A DNA stretch of 64,000 nt from NCBI RefSeq assembly GCF_000027125.1, contig NC_017626.1; one strand, given 5' to 3'. The translations under genes and the position numbers were made by a program. This stretch comes from Escherichia coli 042. GTDB lineage: Bacteria > Pseudomonadota > Gammaproteobacteria > Enterobacterales > Enterobacteriaceae. Positions within the stretch are counted from its first letter, which is position 1. The number at the start of each line of letters is the position of its first letter. This document shows positions 1 through 11,476 of the stretch, piece after piece. Under the pieces are notes generated by a model. The model saw nothing but the letters and a program-made list of their open reading frames with translations. It was not told where the DNA came from and made no database searches.

Positions 1-257
1 ACGGGAGAAGCAGCTGTATTTTCCTGAGGCGTCGTTGTCTGGTAATCATGCGCAATCAGATAATTTTGTGCGGCTACACTATTCCCTGTCCTTTCTAAAA
101 ATCGACCAATTTTCTGATCAATTTCCGATTGCGACATTCCTGGCTGGATTACCGTTAATTCTGTCGTTGCCGCCTCAACAGTATCACCCGCAAACGCAGA
201 TGGACTTACCGCGGTAGCAACAACGACAGCCAGTAAAGACAGCTTTACAGTTTTCAT
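1..257 (-). CDS. exported protein of unknown function (partial; C-terminus beyond window start)
   Basis: ATG at 257-255 with an AAGAG-like SD upstream. My translation MKTVKLSLLAVVVATAVSPSAFAGDTVEAATTELTV... has a classic signal peptide (AFA|GD) and no stop before position 1. Absent from the ORF track because it is open-ended. Confidence 0.4.
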   Translation of the reverse strand, partial: MKTVKLSLLAVVVATAVSPSAFAGDTVEAATTELTVIQPGMSQSEIDQKIGRFLERTGNSVAAQNYLIAHDYQTTTPQENTAASP

Positions 258-623
258 GCATTTTTTCTCTTTCAAAGTAAGTCACATATTTGTTTCTATA
301 AGCAACGTAAAACGTTGTTATAAGAATTAATCTGCGTTGCAATTTAATCGAAATCTACGCCGCCATTTGTGTGATGTAAAGCGCATTTTTGTCTGGTGTA
401 AGCGTAAACACCACCAATAAGAAACAAAAAATGTTTCTTATATAAATAAAATCGAAAATCATTTTGTGCTCTTTCAATGTAAAAAAGAGTAAAGACTTGT
501 TTTGATAAGCGAAATAAATTCTGTTTCTGGACTAAACGTGAAGCGGTTCCTGATGTGTGCTAAAATGCGTTTCTTTGATAAATCTCAATTTTTAAGAGGT
601 TTACGCCAGGCAGGAAAATTTAA

Positions 624-986
624 ATGAATGAATTTGAGAAGATTTTTAATGAAATGAATCTGGACCGGGCATTGCTACCGATCCTTTTTCGTTCGAACCG
701 GTCAACAGTGTGGAAATATTTAAGTGGCGATAGTACGGCTCCTGCCTCAGCTATGTCACTGATTATGCTGTTGCAGTTAATCCAGAAACGAAACCCCGAT
801 CTGTTAGCCGAATGGTTAACGCTTTCTGATTTTACCATTCCGCCAGAAGTTTACCTGGACCAGCCTGATTACTGGAAAGGGTGGGTGTATACCCAACACA
901 AGGTCAATAAAAACGTCCTGGAATATCTAAAAAAACACTATCCGGATGAAGACCAAAAAAACATGAATAAAGGTAGTGACGAGTAA
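624..986 (+). CDS. hypothetical 120-aa protein
   Basis: ORF-track ORF downstream of an AT-rich intergenic region (260-620). No family recognised. Sits where K-12 has cueR but is not MerR-like. Confidence 0.35.
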   Translation: MNEFEKIFNEMNLDRALLPILFRSNRSTVWKYLSGDSTAPASAMSLIMLLQLIQKRNPDLLAEWLTLSDFTIPPEVYLDQPDYWKGWVYTQHKVNKNVLEYLKKHYPDEDQKNMNKGSDE

Positions 987-1009
987 TTTGCCAATGCCAG
1001 TTAATATAG

Positions 1010-1170
<161 letters not shown>

Positions 1171-1171
1171 A

Positions 1172-1630
1172 TCAGGCGATGACCGCACGGATAATCAGCG
1201 TTATCCCTTCTATCGCAATCACCTCAACATGCGTACCTGCACCGAGATCCTCGCTGGCGCTGACAGGCCATGAACTGTCGCCGACGCGCATATGACCTCG
1301 CCCATTGACCAGCGGTGATTCCAGTACAAACCGTCTGCCGATCAATTGTTGACCGCGCTGATTAAGATGACTGTCGCTGTGCTTTTGTTCGCGCACCCGC
1401 CGCGACAACCATTTCCACCACAGCCAGGCGGCGAGCAGCGTCAGAATGGCAAACATCACCCCTTGCCACTCCCAACCCAGCGGTAGCAACCAGACCACCA
1501 GGCCAGTAATCACCGCTGCGACACCGCTCCAAAGCAGATAACCATTGCTGCCCAGCATCTCGGCAGCCAGCAATAAACCGCCGAGACTGAGCCAAAAAAT
1601 ATGCGGATGGATAGCTATCATCTCGATCAT
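1172..1630 (-). CDS. ybbJ: NfeD-family inner membrane protein YbbJ
   Basis: 152 aa, hydrophobic N-terminal half; 4-bp overlap with downstream qmcA, as in the K-12 ybbJ-qmcA pair. Confidence 0.85.
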   Translation of the reverse strand: MIEMIAIHPHIFWLSLGGLLLAAEMLGSNGYLLWSGVAAVITGLVVWLLPLGWEWQGVMFAILTLLAAWLWWKWLSRRVREQKHSDSHLNQRGQQLIGRRFVLESPLVNGRGHMRVGDSSWPVSASEDLGAGTHVEVIAIEGITLIIRAVIA

Positions 1631-2544
1631 GATTTATTTCGCTCGTTCGCGCTGTCTTTCACCAGTTCAGCAATCCCGGCAATCGACCCCATCAGGCTGC
1701 TGGCCTCTAATGGCATCATCACCACTTTGCTGTTACTGGAGGAACCAATCTGTTGTAACGCTTCGGTGTATTTCTGTGCGACGAAGTAGTTCACCGCCTG
1801 AATATCACCAGAAGCAATGGCTTCCGACACCATTTGGGTCGCGCGGGCTTCCGCTTCGGCAGAACGTTCACGAGCTTCAGCCTGTAAAAACGCCGACTGA
1901 CGTTCGCCTTCCGCTTTCAGGATTTGCGACTGTTTTTCACCTTCAGCTTTGAGGATTTCCGCCTGACGGATCCCTTCCGCTTCAAGGATGTAAGCGCGTT
2001 TGGTACGTTCCGCTTTCATCTGCGCGTTCATTGAAGAGATAAGCTCTGCCGGTGGGCGCACGTCGCGAATTTCAATACGGGTGACTTTAATCCCCCACGG
2101 GTTGGTGGCCTCATCGACAATACGCAGCAGGCGTGAGTTGATGCTGTCGCGCTGAGAGAGCATTTCATCAAGTTCCATTGAACCCAGCACGGTACGGATG
2201 TTAGTCATGGTCAGGTTGATGATCGCCAGCTCCAGATTGCTGACTTCATAAGCCGCGCGCGGGGCATCAATCACCTGAATAAAGCACACGGCATCGATGG
2301 TAACGTTGGCGTTATCTTTCGAGATAACTTCCTGGGAAGGGATGTCGAGCACTTGCTCCATCATATTGATCTTGCGACCAATGCGATCCATAAACGGCAC
2401 CACCAGACTTAGCCCAGGCTGTAACGTTTTGGTATAGCGACCAAAACGTTCTACTGTCCACTGATAGCCCTGCGGCACGATTTTGACGCACGCGCCGACA
2501 ATGACCAGCGCGACAAAAATGAGAATCGGGATAAAGATAAGCAT
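1627..2544 (-). CDS. qmcA: SPFH/stomatin-family protease modulator QmcA
   Basis: 305 aa with N-terminal TM anchor and SPFH-like body; length and context match K-12 qmcA (ybbK). Confidence 0.9.
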   Translation of the reverse strand: MLIFIPILIFVALVIVGACVKIVPQGYQWTVERFGRYTKTLQPGLSLVVPFMDRIGRKINMMEQVLDIPSQEVISKDNANVTIDAVCFIQVIDAPRAAYEVSNLELAIINLTMTNIRTVLGSMELDEMLSQRDSINSRLLRIVDEATNPWGIKVTRIEIRDVRPPAELISSMNAQMKAERTKRAYILEAEGIRQAEILKAEGEKQSQILKAEGERQSAFLQAEARERSAEAEARATQMVSEAIASGDIQAVNYFVAQKYTEALQQIGSSSNSKVVMMPLEASSLMGSIAGIAELVKDSANERNKS

Positions 2545-2689
2545 CGGAAAAACCTCCTGTTGTACCGTCCATAATCAGCAAAATTGCTGCTTGATTAAAC
2601 AAATTATACCTGATTACTGAAAGAGAGTTCCCCCTTATTCCTGCGAAGGATAAACTGTTTTTAGTAAAAATCAGAAAAAGGGAACAGCG

Positions 2690-3367
2690 ATGCAGGAAAA
2701 TAGTCCTTTGCTTCAGCTACAAAACGTAGGATATCTGGTGGGTGATGCGAAGATTCTTAATAACATCAATTTTTCGCTGCGTGCTGGCGAATTTAAGTTA
2801 ATTACCGGTCCTTCTGGTTGTGGCAAAAGTACGCTGCTAAAAATAGTTGCTTCATTGATCAGCCCAACCAGCGGAACGTTACTGTTTGAAGGTGAGGATG
2901 TCAGCACACTAAAGCCAGAAAGCTACCGCCAGCAAGTCTCTTATTGCGCCCAGACGCCGACGCTGTTTGGCGACACGGTATACGATAATCTGATCTTTCC
3001 CTGGCAGATCCGTAACCAACAGCCTGACCCAGCCATTTTTCTCGATTTTCTCGAACGCTTCGCCTTACCGGACACCATTTTGACGAAGAATATCGCCGAG
3101 CTATCTGGTGGTGAAAAACAACGCATCTCATTGATTCGTAACCTGCAATTTATGCCGAAGGTTTTATTGCTGGATGAAATCACCAGTGCGCTGGACGAAA
3201 GTAATAAACATAACGTTAATGAGATGATCCACCGTTATGTGCGCGAGCAAAATATTGCCGTGCTGTGGGTGACACACGATAAAGACGAAATTAATCATGC
3301 GGATAAGGTGATTACACTGCAACCGCATGCCGGAGAAATGCAGGAAGCACGCTATGAACTCGCATAA
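2690..3367 (+). CDS. fetA: ABC transporter ATP-binding protein FetA
   Basis: 225 aa with Walker A GPSGCGKST, ABC signature LSGGEKQR and Walker B LLLDE. Confidence 0.9.
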   Translation: MQENSPLLQLQNVGYLVGDAKILNNINFSLRAGEFKLITGPSGCGKSTLLKIVASLISPTSGTLLFEGEDVSTLKPESYRQQVSYCAQTPTLFGDTVYDNLIFPWQIRNQQPDPAIFLDFLERFALPDTILTKNIAELSGGEKQRISLIRNLQFMPKVLLLDEITSALDESNKHNVNEMIHRYVREQNIAVLWVTHDKDEINHADKVITLQPHAGEMQEARYELA

Positions 3368-4133
3368 TATTACTAACGAATCATTAGCACTGGCATTAAT
3401 GCTGGTGGTGGTGGCAATCTTAATTAGCCATAAAGAAAAACTGGCGCTGGAGAAAGATATTCTCTGGAGCGTCGGGCGCGCGATAATTCAGCTGATTATT
3501 GTCGGCTATGTGCTGAAGTATATTTTCAGCGTGGATGATGCCAGCCTGACATTATTGATGGTGTTATTTATCTGCTTTAATGCGGCGTGGAACGCGCAAA
3601 AACGCAGTAAATATATTGCTAAAGCTTTTATCTCATCGTTTATTGCCATTACGGTCGGGGCGGGAATTACCCTGGCGGTGCTGATTCTCTCAGGGTCGAT
3701 TGAATTTATCCCGATGCAGGTGATCCCTATCGCCGGGATGATAGCCGGTAACGCCATGGTAGCGGTGGGGTTGTGTTACAACAATTTAGGGCAACGGGTT
3801 ATTAGCGAACAGCAACAGATTCAGGAGAAATTGAGTCTTGGCGCGACGCCGAAGCAGGCTTCAGCGATATTGATTCGCGACAGTATTCGCGCGGCTTTAA
3901 TTCCGACGGTCGATTCAGCAAAAACGGTTGGCTTAGTGAGTTTACCGGGAATGATGTCCGGGCTGATATTTGCCGGGATTGATCCGGTGAAGGCGATTAA
4001 ATATCAGATTATGGTGACCTTTATGCTGCTCTCAACCGCCAGCCTGTCGACCATTATTGCCTGCTATTTAACCTATCGTAAGTTTTACAATTCGCGCCAC
4101 CAGTTGGTGGTGACGCAATTGAAGAAGAAATGA
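3354..4133 (+). CDS. fetB: ABC transporter permease FetB
   Basis: Polytopic membrane protein. ATG at 3354 gives 259 aa (the ORF track's 3327 start is 9 codons longer); overlaps the fetA end. Confidence 0.85.
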   Translation: MNSHNITNESLALALMLVVVAILISHKEKLALEKDILWSVGRAIIQLIIVGYVLKYIFSVDDASLTLLMVLFICFNAAWNAQKRSKYIAKAFISSFIAITVGAGITLAVLILSGSIEFIPMQVIPIAGMIAGNAMVAVGLCYNNLGQRVISEQQQIQEKLSLGATPKQASAILIRDSIRAALIPTVDSAKTVGLVSLPGMMSGLIFAGIDPVKAIKYQIMVTFMLLSTASLSTIIACYLTYRKFYNSRHQLVVTQLKKK

Positions 4134-4195
4134 TGCAATGCCGGATGCGCAGCATCGCATCCGGCGTTGTGGTTCATGTGCCGATCAACGGAAAC

Positions 4196-5092
<897 letters not shown>

Positions 5093-5110
5093 TTAAGCGC
5101 GCGCTTCAAC

Positions 5111-5920
5111 TCACCTCTGCAATATTTTGTCCATCACGCGCCCCGGCAGCAGGCGCTTGAGCACCATTACTGCCCAGGTCACCAGCGTTACCGGATAGCG
5201 CATCTTCGGCTTCTCGCTAATAAAAGCATGGCGCACTTTGTCGACCACCGCTTCCGGCCCCAACGTAAAGCGGGCGGCGATGCCGGGATTTTCGACAGGT
5301 TTATCACTTTGTGTCTGGTTGACGTTGTCGGTAAAACGAGTACGAATAGGACCGGGTTCAATCAGGCTGACTTTAATTCCGCTGTGGCGCAGCTCCATGC
5401 GCAGCGCGTCTGACCACGCCTCCAGCGCATATTTACTGGCTGCGTAAGCTCCTCGACCCGGCGTGGAGATTAATCCCATCACCGATGAGGTCATCACAAT
5501 ACGCCCTTCACCGTGCGGTAACATCGCGGGTAACAGGCGCATGGTGAGCTGGTGCGCGCCGAAAAAGTTGGCAGAAAACTGCTGTTCCATCTGCGCACGG
5601 CTGATGGTGGAAAGGGGGCCATACATGCCGAATCCGGCATTGTTAAAGATCCCATACAGACAATTATCGGTCAGGGCGATCACTTCGTCGGCTGCGCGAT
5701 CAACACTTTCTGGCGAATCCAGATCGATCAACACGCCGGTAAATCCCATGCTGTTCATGCGCTCAACATCATCCGCTTTCCGGCAACCTGCCAGCACATG
5801 AAAACCCTGGCGTTTTAATTCGAGCGCACTTTCCAGGCCAATTCCACTGGAACATCCGGTAATTAAGACCGATTTTTGCATAACTTTACCTGTCAGGATC
5901 TCCGTTGCTTTATGAGTCAT
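5111..5920 (-). CDS. ybbO: short-chain dehydrogenase/reductase YbbO
   Basis: 269 aa with SDR motifs (TGCSSGIG cofactor site, YAASK active site). Confidence 0.9.
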   Translation of the reverse strand: MTHKATEILTGKVMQKSVLITGCSSGIGLESALELKRQGFHVLAGCRKADDVERMNSMGFTGVLIDLDSPESVDRAADEVIALTDNCLYGIFNNAGFGMYGPLSTISRAQMEQQFSANFFGAHQLTMRLLPAMLPHGEGRIVMTSSVMGLISTPGRGAYAASKYALEAWSDALRMELRHSGIKVSLIEPGPIRTRFTDNVNQTQSDKPVENPGIAARFTLGPEAVVDKVRHAFISEKPKMRYPVTLVTWAVMVLKRLLPGRVMDKILQR

Positions 5921-6536
5921 GATTTACTAAAGGCTGCAACTGCTTCGCCATCCAGTCGGCAATAAACGGCTGGGCGTCGCGGTTGGGATGAATACCGTCA
6001 TCCTGCATCCATTGTGGTTTGAGGTAGACCTCTTCCATAAAAAAGGGCAGCAGCGGAACATCAAACTCTTTGGCGAGTTTGGGGTAAATGGCACTAAAGG
6101 CTTCATTATAACGGCGACCATAGTTTGCAGGCAGACGTATTTGCATTAACAATGGTTCAGCGTTGGCGGCTTTGACATCCTGCAAAATCTGGCGCAGCGT
6201 TTGCTCGGTTTGCTGTGGCTGAAAACCACGCAAACCGTCATTGCCGCCCAGTTCAACCAGCACCCAGCGCGGCTGATGCTGTTTCAGCAGAGCCGGAAGG
6301 CGCGCCAGCCCTTGTTGCGAGGTGTCGCCGCTGATGCTGGCATTGACTACCGACGTTTTACTCTGCCACTTATCATTCAACAAGGCAGGCCAGGCCGCGC
6401 TGGCAGACATTCGATACCCGGCGCTCAGGCTATCACCCAGAATCAATAACGTGTCCGCTGCGGCGGCACGGAAGGTTAACAGGACCAGGAACAGGAAGGG
6501 CAAATGCCAGCGGAAAACATTGTTGAAGTTCATCAT
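5910..6536 (-). CDS. tesA: acyl-CoA thioesterase I / lysophospholipase L1 TesA
   Basis: Start at MMNFNNVFRW gives 208 aa; signal peptide then GDSL motif (LILGDSLSAGY). Confidence 0.9.
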   Translation of the reverse strand: MMNFNNVFRWHLPFLFLVLLTFRAAAADTLLILGDSLSAGYRMSASAAWPALLNDKWQSKTSVVNASISGDTSQQGLARLPALLKQHQPRWVLVELGGNDGLRGFQPQQTEQTLRQILQDVKAANAEPLLMQIRLPANYGRRYNEAFSAIYPKLAKEFDVPLLPFFMEEVYLKPQWMQDDGIHPNRDAQPFIADWMAKQLQPLVNHDS

Positions 6537-7190
6537 CTTAAGAAGTCCGTCGGTCAGGGGGAGCATGAACTCTCCATCCTCACCGGAGTTGAGCTGGTTG
6601 TCAAACGTGGCGAGACCATCGCACTGGTGGGCGAGTCGGGATCGGGTAAGTCAACCTTGCTGGCGATCCTCGCCGGGCTGGATGACGGCAGCAGTGGCGA
6701 AGTGAGTCTGGTGGGACAACCTCTACATAATATGGACGAAGAAGCGCGGGCAAAGTTGCGCGCGAAGCACGTAGGCTTTGTTTTTCAGTCATTTATGTTA
6801 ATTCCTACCCTTAACGCGCTGGAAAACGTCGAGCTTCCGGCGCTGCTGCGCGGTGAGAGTAGCGCAGAAAGTCGTAACGGGGCGAAAGCGTTGCTCGAAC
6901 AGTTAGGGCTGGGTAAACGTCTGGATCATCTTCCGGCACAGCTTTCTGGCGGTGAACAGCAACGAGTGGCACTGGCACGAGCCTTTAACGGTCGACCTGA
7001 TGTGCTGTTTGCCGACGAACCCACCGGCAACCTTGACCGCCAGACCGGCGATAAAATTGCCGACCTGCTGTTTTCCCTCAACCGTGAACATGGCACCACG
7101 TTGATTATGGTGACCCACGACCTGCAACTGGCGGCACGCTGCGACCGCTGCTTACGGCTGGTGAACGGGCAGTTGCAGGAGGAAGCATGA
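6504..7190 (+). CDS. ybbA: ABC transporter ATP-binding protein YbbA
   Basis: 228 aa with Walker A GESGSGKST and LSGGEQQR signature; divergent from tesA, cotranscribed with ybbP. Confidence 0.9.
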   Translation: MPAENIVEVHHLKKSVGQGEHELSILTGVELVVKRGETIALVGESGSGKSTLLAILAGLDDGSSGEVSLVGQPLHNMDEEARAKLRAKHVGFVFQSFMLIPTLNALENVELPALLRGESSAESRNGAKALLEQLGLGKRLDHLPAQLSGGEQQRVALARAFNGRPDVLFADEPTGNLDRQTGDKIADLLFSLNREHGTTLIMVTHDLQLAARCDRCLRLVNGQLQEEA

Positions 7191-9601
7191 TTGCACGTTG
7201 GTTCTGGCGCGAATGGCGTTCGCCGTCGCTATTAATTGTCTGGCTGGCGCTAAGCCTGGCGGTGGCCTGCGTGCTGGCGCTGGGCAATATCAGCGATCGC
7301 ATGGAGAAGGGCTTAAGCCAGCAAAGCCGTGAGTTTATGGCGGGCGATCGGGCGTTGCGCAGTTCGCGCGAAGTGCCGCAAGCGTGGCTGGAGGAAGCGC
7401 AAAAGCGCGGCCTGAAAGTCGGCAAGCAGCTGACTTTCGCCACCATGACATTTGCAGGCGACACACCGCAGCTGGCGAACGTCAAAGCGGTGGATGATAT
7501 CTACCCGATGTATGGCGATCTGCAAACTAATCCCCCTGGCCTGAAACCGCAGGCGGGCAGCGTATTGCTGGCCCCACGCCTGATGGCACTGCTTAACCTG
7601 AAAACGGGCGACACCATTGACGTGGGCGATGCCACCTTGCGGATTGCCGGAGAAGTGATTCAGGAACCGGATTCCGGTTTTAACCCCTTCCAGATGGCTC
7701 CGCGTCTGATGATGAATCTGGCGGATGTTGATAAAACCGGAGCCGTGCAGCCGGGGAGTCGGGTCACCTGGCGTTATAAATTCGGCGGCAGCGAGAATCA
7801 GCTCGACGGCTATGAGAAATGGTTGTTACCCCAGCTTAAACCCGAACAACGCTGGTACGGTCTGGAACAGGACGAAGGCGCGCTGGGGCGCTCGATGGAA
7901 CGCTCGCAACAGTTCCTGCTGCTTTCGGCGCTTCTGACCTTGCTGCTGGCAGTGGCAGCGGTGGCGGTGGCGATGAATCATTACTGTCGCAGTCGATACG
8001 ATCTTGTGGCGATCCTCAAAACGCTGGGGGCAGGGCGAGCGCAACTGCGTAAGCTAATCGTCGGTCAGTGGTTGATGGTGCTGGCGCTTTCAGCCGTTAC
8101 CGGCGGGGCGATAGGCCTGTTGTTCGAAAACGTGTTGATGGTGCTGCTCAAGCCCGTTCTGCCTGCTGCACTACCGCCTGCCAGCCTCTGGCCGTGGCTG
8201 TGGGCGCTGGGCACCATGACGGTCATCTCGCTGCTGGTGGGGCTACGACCGTACCGCCTGTTGTTGGCAACGCAGCCTTTACGCGTATTGCGTAATGATG
8301 TGGTCGCGAACGTCTGGCCGCTCAAGTTTTATCTGCCGATTGTCAGTGTGGTGGTTGTGCTGCTGCTCGCCGGATTAATGGGCGGCAGTATGCTGCTCTG
8401 GGCGGTGCTGGCGGGCGCGGTAGTGCTGGCTTTGCTGTGCGGTGTGCTGGGCTGGATGCTGCTGAATGTACTTCGCCGCATGACGCTGAAATCGCTACCT
8501 CTGCGCCTGGCGGTTAGCCGCCTGTTACGTCAGCCGTGGTCAACGTTAAGCCAGCTTTCGGCATTTTCGCTCTCCTTTATGCTACTGGCACTGCTGCTGG
8601 TGTTGCGTGGCGATCTGCTCGACCGCTGGCAGCAGCAGCTACCGCCAGAAAGCCCGAACTACTTTTTAATCAACATCGCCACAGAACAGGTTACACCGCT
8701 AAAAGCGTTCCTCGCGGAACATCAGATAGTCCCGGAATCATTTTATCCGGTGGTGCGGGCGCGGCTGACGGCGATTAACGACAAGCCGACAGAAGGCAAT
8801 GAAGATGAGGCGCTTAACCGCGAACTCAATCTTACCTGGCAAAATACGCGGCCCGATCATAATCCGATTGTTGCCGGTAACTGGCCGCCAAAAGCCGATG
8901 AAGTGTCGATGGAAGAGGGGCTGGCGAAACGCTTAAACGTTGCCCTCGGAGATACCGTGACTTTTATGGGCGATACCCAGGAGTTCCGCGCTAAAGTGAC
9001 CAGCCTGCGCAAAGTGGACTGGGAAAGTCTGCGGCCTAATTTCTATTTTATTTTCCCGGAAGGGGCATTAGACGGGCAGCCGCAGAGCTGGCTTACCAGT
9101 TTCCGCTGGGAGAATGGCAACGGCATGTTGACGCAACTCAACCGCCAGTTCCCGACCATTAGCCTGTTAGACATTGGCGCGATTTTAAAACAGGTCGGCC
9201 AGGTGCTGGAGCAGGTAAGTCGGGCGCTGGAAGTGATGGTGGTGCTGGTCACCGCCTGCGGTATGTTGCTGTTGCTGGCACAGGTGCAGGTGGGAATGCG
9301 TCAGCGTCATCAGGAGCTGGTGGTGTGGCGCACACTCGGTGCGGGGAAAAAACTACTACGCACGACATTGTGGTGTGAGTTCGCCATGCTCGGGTTTGTT
9401 TCTGGCCTGGTGGCCGCAATTGGTGCGGAAACGGCGCTGGCAGTGTTGCAGGCGAAAGTGTTTGATTTCCCGTGGGAGCCAGACTGGCGATTGTGGGTTG
9501 TGCTGCCGTGCAGCGGTGCGCTGCTGCTGTCGCTTTTCGGCGGCTGGCTGGGTGCGCGACTGGTTAAGGGTAAGGCGCTGTTCAGGCAGTTTGCGGGGTG
9601 A
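7187..9601 (+). CDS. ybbP: ABC transporter permease YbbP (FtsX-like, two permease domains)
   Basis: 804 aa polytopic membrane protein, 4-bp overlap with ybbA. Confidence 0.9.
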   Translation: MIARWFWREWRSPSLLIVWLALSLAVACVLALGNISDRMEKGLSQQSREFMAGDRALRSSREVPQAWLEEAQKRGLKVGKQLTFATMTFAGDTPQLANVKAVDDIYPMYGDLQTNPPGLKPQAGSVLLAPRLMALLNLKTGDTIDVGDATLRIAGEVIQEPDSGFNPFQMAPRLMMNLADVDKTGAVQPGSRVTWRYKFGGSENQLDGYEKWLLPQLKPEQRWYGLEQDEGALGRSMERSQQFLLLSALLTLLLAVAAVAVAMNHYCRSRYDLVAILKTLGAGRAQLRKLIVGQWLMVLALSAVTGGAIGLLFENVLMVLLKPVLPAALPPASLWPWLWALGTMTVISLLVGLRPYRLLLATQPLRVLRNDVVANVWPLKFYLPIVSVVVVLLLAGLMGGSMLLWAVLAGAVVLALLCGVLGWMLLNVLRRMTLKSLPLRLAVSRLLRQPWSTLSQLSAFSLSFMLLALLLVLRGDLLDRWQQQLPPESPNYFLINIATEQVTPLKAFLAEHQIVPESFYPVVRARLTAINDKPTEGNEDEALNRELNLTWQNTRPDHNPIVAGNWPPKADEVSMEEGLAKRLNVALGDTVTFMGDTQEFRAKVTSLRKVDWESLRPNFYFIFPEGALDGQPQSWLTSFRWENGNGMLTQLNRQFPTISLLDIGAILKQVGQVLEQVSRALEVMVVLVTACGMLLLLAQVQVGMRQRHQELVVWRTLGAGKKLLRTTLWCEFAMLGFVSGLVAAIGAETALAVLQAKVFDFPWEPDWRLWVVLPCSGALLLSLFGGWLGARLVKGKALFRQFAG

Positions 9602-9609
9602 TGACAGGC

Positions 9610-9725
9610 GTTAGATTGCCTGATGCGCTACGCTTAACAGGCCCACGAGGATCGTGCAATATATTGATTTTGCAAGATTGTGTAGGCCGGATAAGGCGTT
9701 TACGCCGCATCTGGCATGAACAGTG
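9610..9725. repeat. REP-type palindromic units
   Basis: Motifs gcctgatgcgctacgc... and tgtaggccggataaggcgtttacgccgcatctggc directly after the ybbP stop. Confidence 0.6.
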
Positions 9726-9818
9726 TGCATTTTGGCAATAAATATGAAACCAACTGTCATGTCGGTTTTTTTAAAGGCCGAAGGTGGTAAACCTTCGGCC
9801 TTAGCTACGTTTCCTCAG

Positions 9819-9902
9819 TTATTCAATAAACTGACGGATCAGTTCCAGCAGCGCGATTAGCGCCTTAAGAACGATGAGAACTTTATCGAGAAAAGTTTTC
9901 AT
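9819..9902 (-). CDS. candidate type I toxin peptide (27 aa, DinQ/TisB/ZorO-like amphipathic helix)
   Basis: My translation of the minus strand: GGGAG SD, 6 nt, then ATG AAA ACT TTT ... GAA TAA = MKTFLDKVLIVLKALIALLELIRQFIE. Too short for the ORF track. Leu/Ile-rich single helix typical of small membrane-active toxins. Confidence 0.5.
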   Translation of the reverse strand: MKTFLDKVLIVLKALIALLELIRQFIE

Positions 9903-9975
9903 CCGTTGCTCCCTTAAGGGAGAAAGACAATCACAGCTTACCCTTACGTTGCCTGTAACTATGATTTTCTTCATG

Positions 9976-9991
9976 TGCTAGATGAGGACTG
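9976..9991. promoter_or_regulatory. 16-nt element tgctagatgaggactg, identical to the 5' end of the downstream sRNA candidate; predicted antisense target in the toxin 5' UTR
   Basis: Exact 16-nt direct repeat of 10162-10177, ~75-90 nt upstream of the toxin ATG on the toxin-coding strand. Confidence 0.4.
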
Positions 9992-10127
9992 CCTCTCTCC
10001 AAATTAGAGCACCAGAATCAGCACCACCTGTATCCTGACCAGGACTTAAAAGTACTTTTCCGCACTGCGGTAATCCCTTGAGGCAGTATCACTACTAGCG
10101 TCGGGATTGTATCGCCAACATAGCTGT

Positions 10128-10156
10128 TTGAATATGTAGGCATCCTGACTTATAAT
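10128..10156 (+). promoter_or_regulatory. sigma70-type promoter (TTGAAT, 17-bp spacer, TATAAT)
   Basis: -35 TTGAAT at 10128-10133 and -10 TATAAT at 10151-10156 with a 17-bp spacer; near-consensus in an intergenic region. Confidence 0.55.
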
Positions 10157-10162
10157 TCACTT

Positions 10163-10250
10163 GCTAGATGAGGACTGTTTCATTTCTACCCGGAACCACC
10201 AAGTCTTGGGCGGAAAAAATAAAAAAACCGACTGTCATGTCGGTTTTTTT
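10163..10250 (+). ncRNA. candidate small RNA (~88 nt), putative antitoxin of the type I toxin
   Basis: Predicted start ~7 nt after the -10; ends in an intrinsic terminator (accgac-tgtcat-gtcggt stem then T7 at 10244-10250). The first ~16 nt repeat the 9976-9991 element. Confidence 0.5.
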
Positions 10251-10313
10251 ATATCTGTATTCTGGTGCAACCATTCTGTTCTCACGACAATCGCCGTTTC
10301 AGAATACCGTCCA

Positions 10314-11423
<1,110 letters not shown>

Positions 11424-11476
11424 TCAAATCAGCTTGCGCGCTATTTTACGCGCCAACGCGCAAGGAAACTTGATTT

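Noticed and set aside
1362-1952. ORFs of 77, 135 and 62 aa overlapping ybbJ/qmcA
   Set aside because: Alternate-frame or antisense ORFs inside well-supported genes; Arg/Ser/Pro-rich low-complexity translations.
9972-9992. Second sRNA gene starting at the first copy of the tgctagatgaggactg motif
   Set aside because: No convincing -35/-10 pair upstream and no terminator downstream; more simply explained as the antisense target region within the toxin 5' UTR.
10029-10045. Possible LexA box (ctgtatcctgaccagg) near the toxin candidate
   Set aside because: Spacing does not fit CTGT-N8-ACAG on either strand (off by one with a mismatch), so SOS regulation is not supported by sequence.
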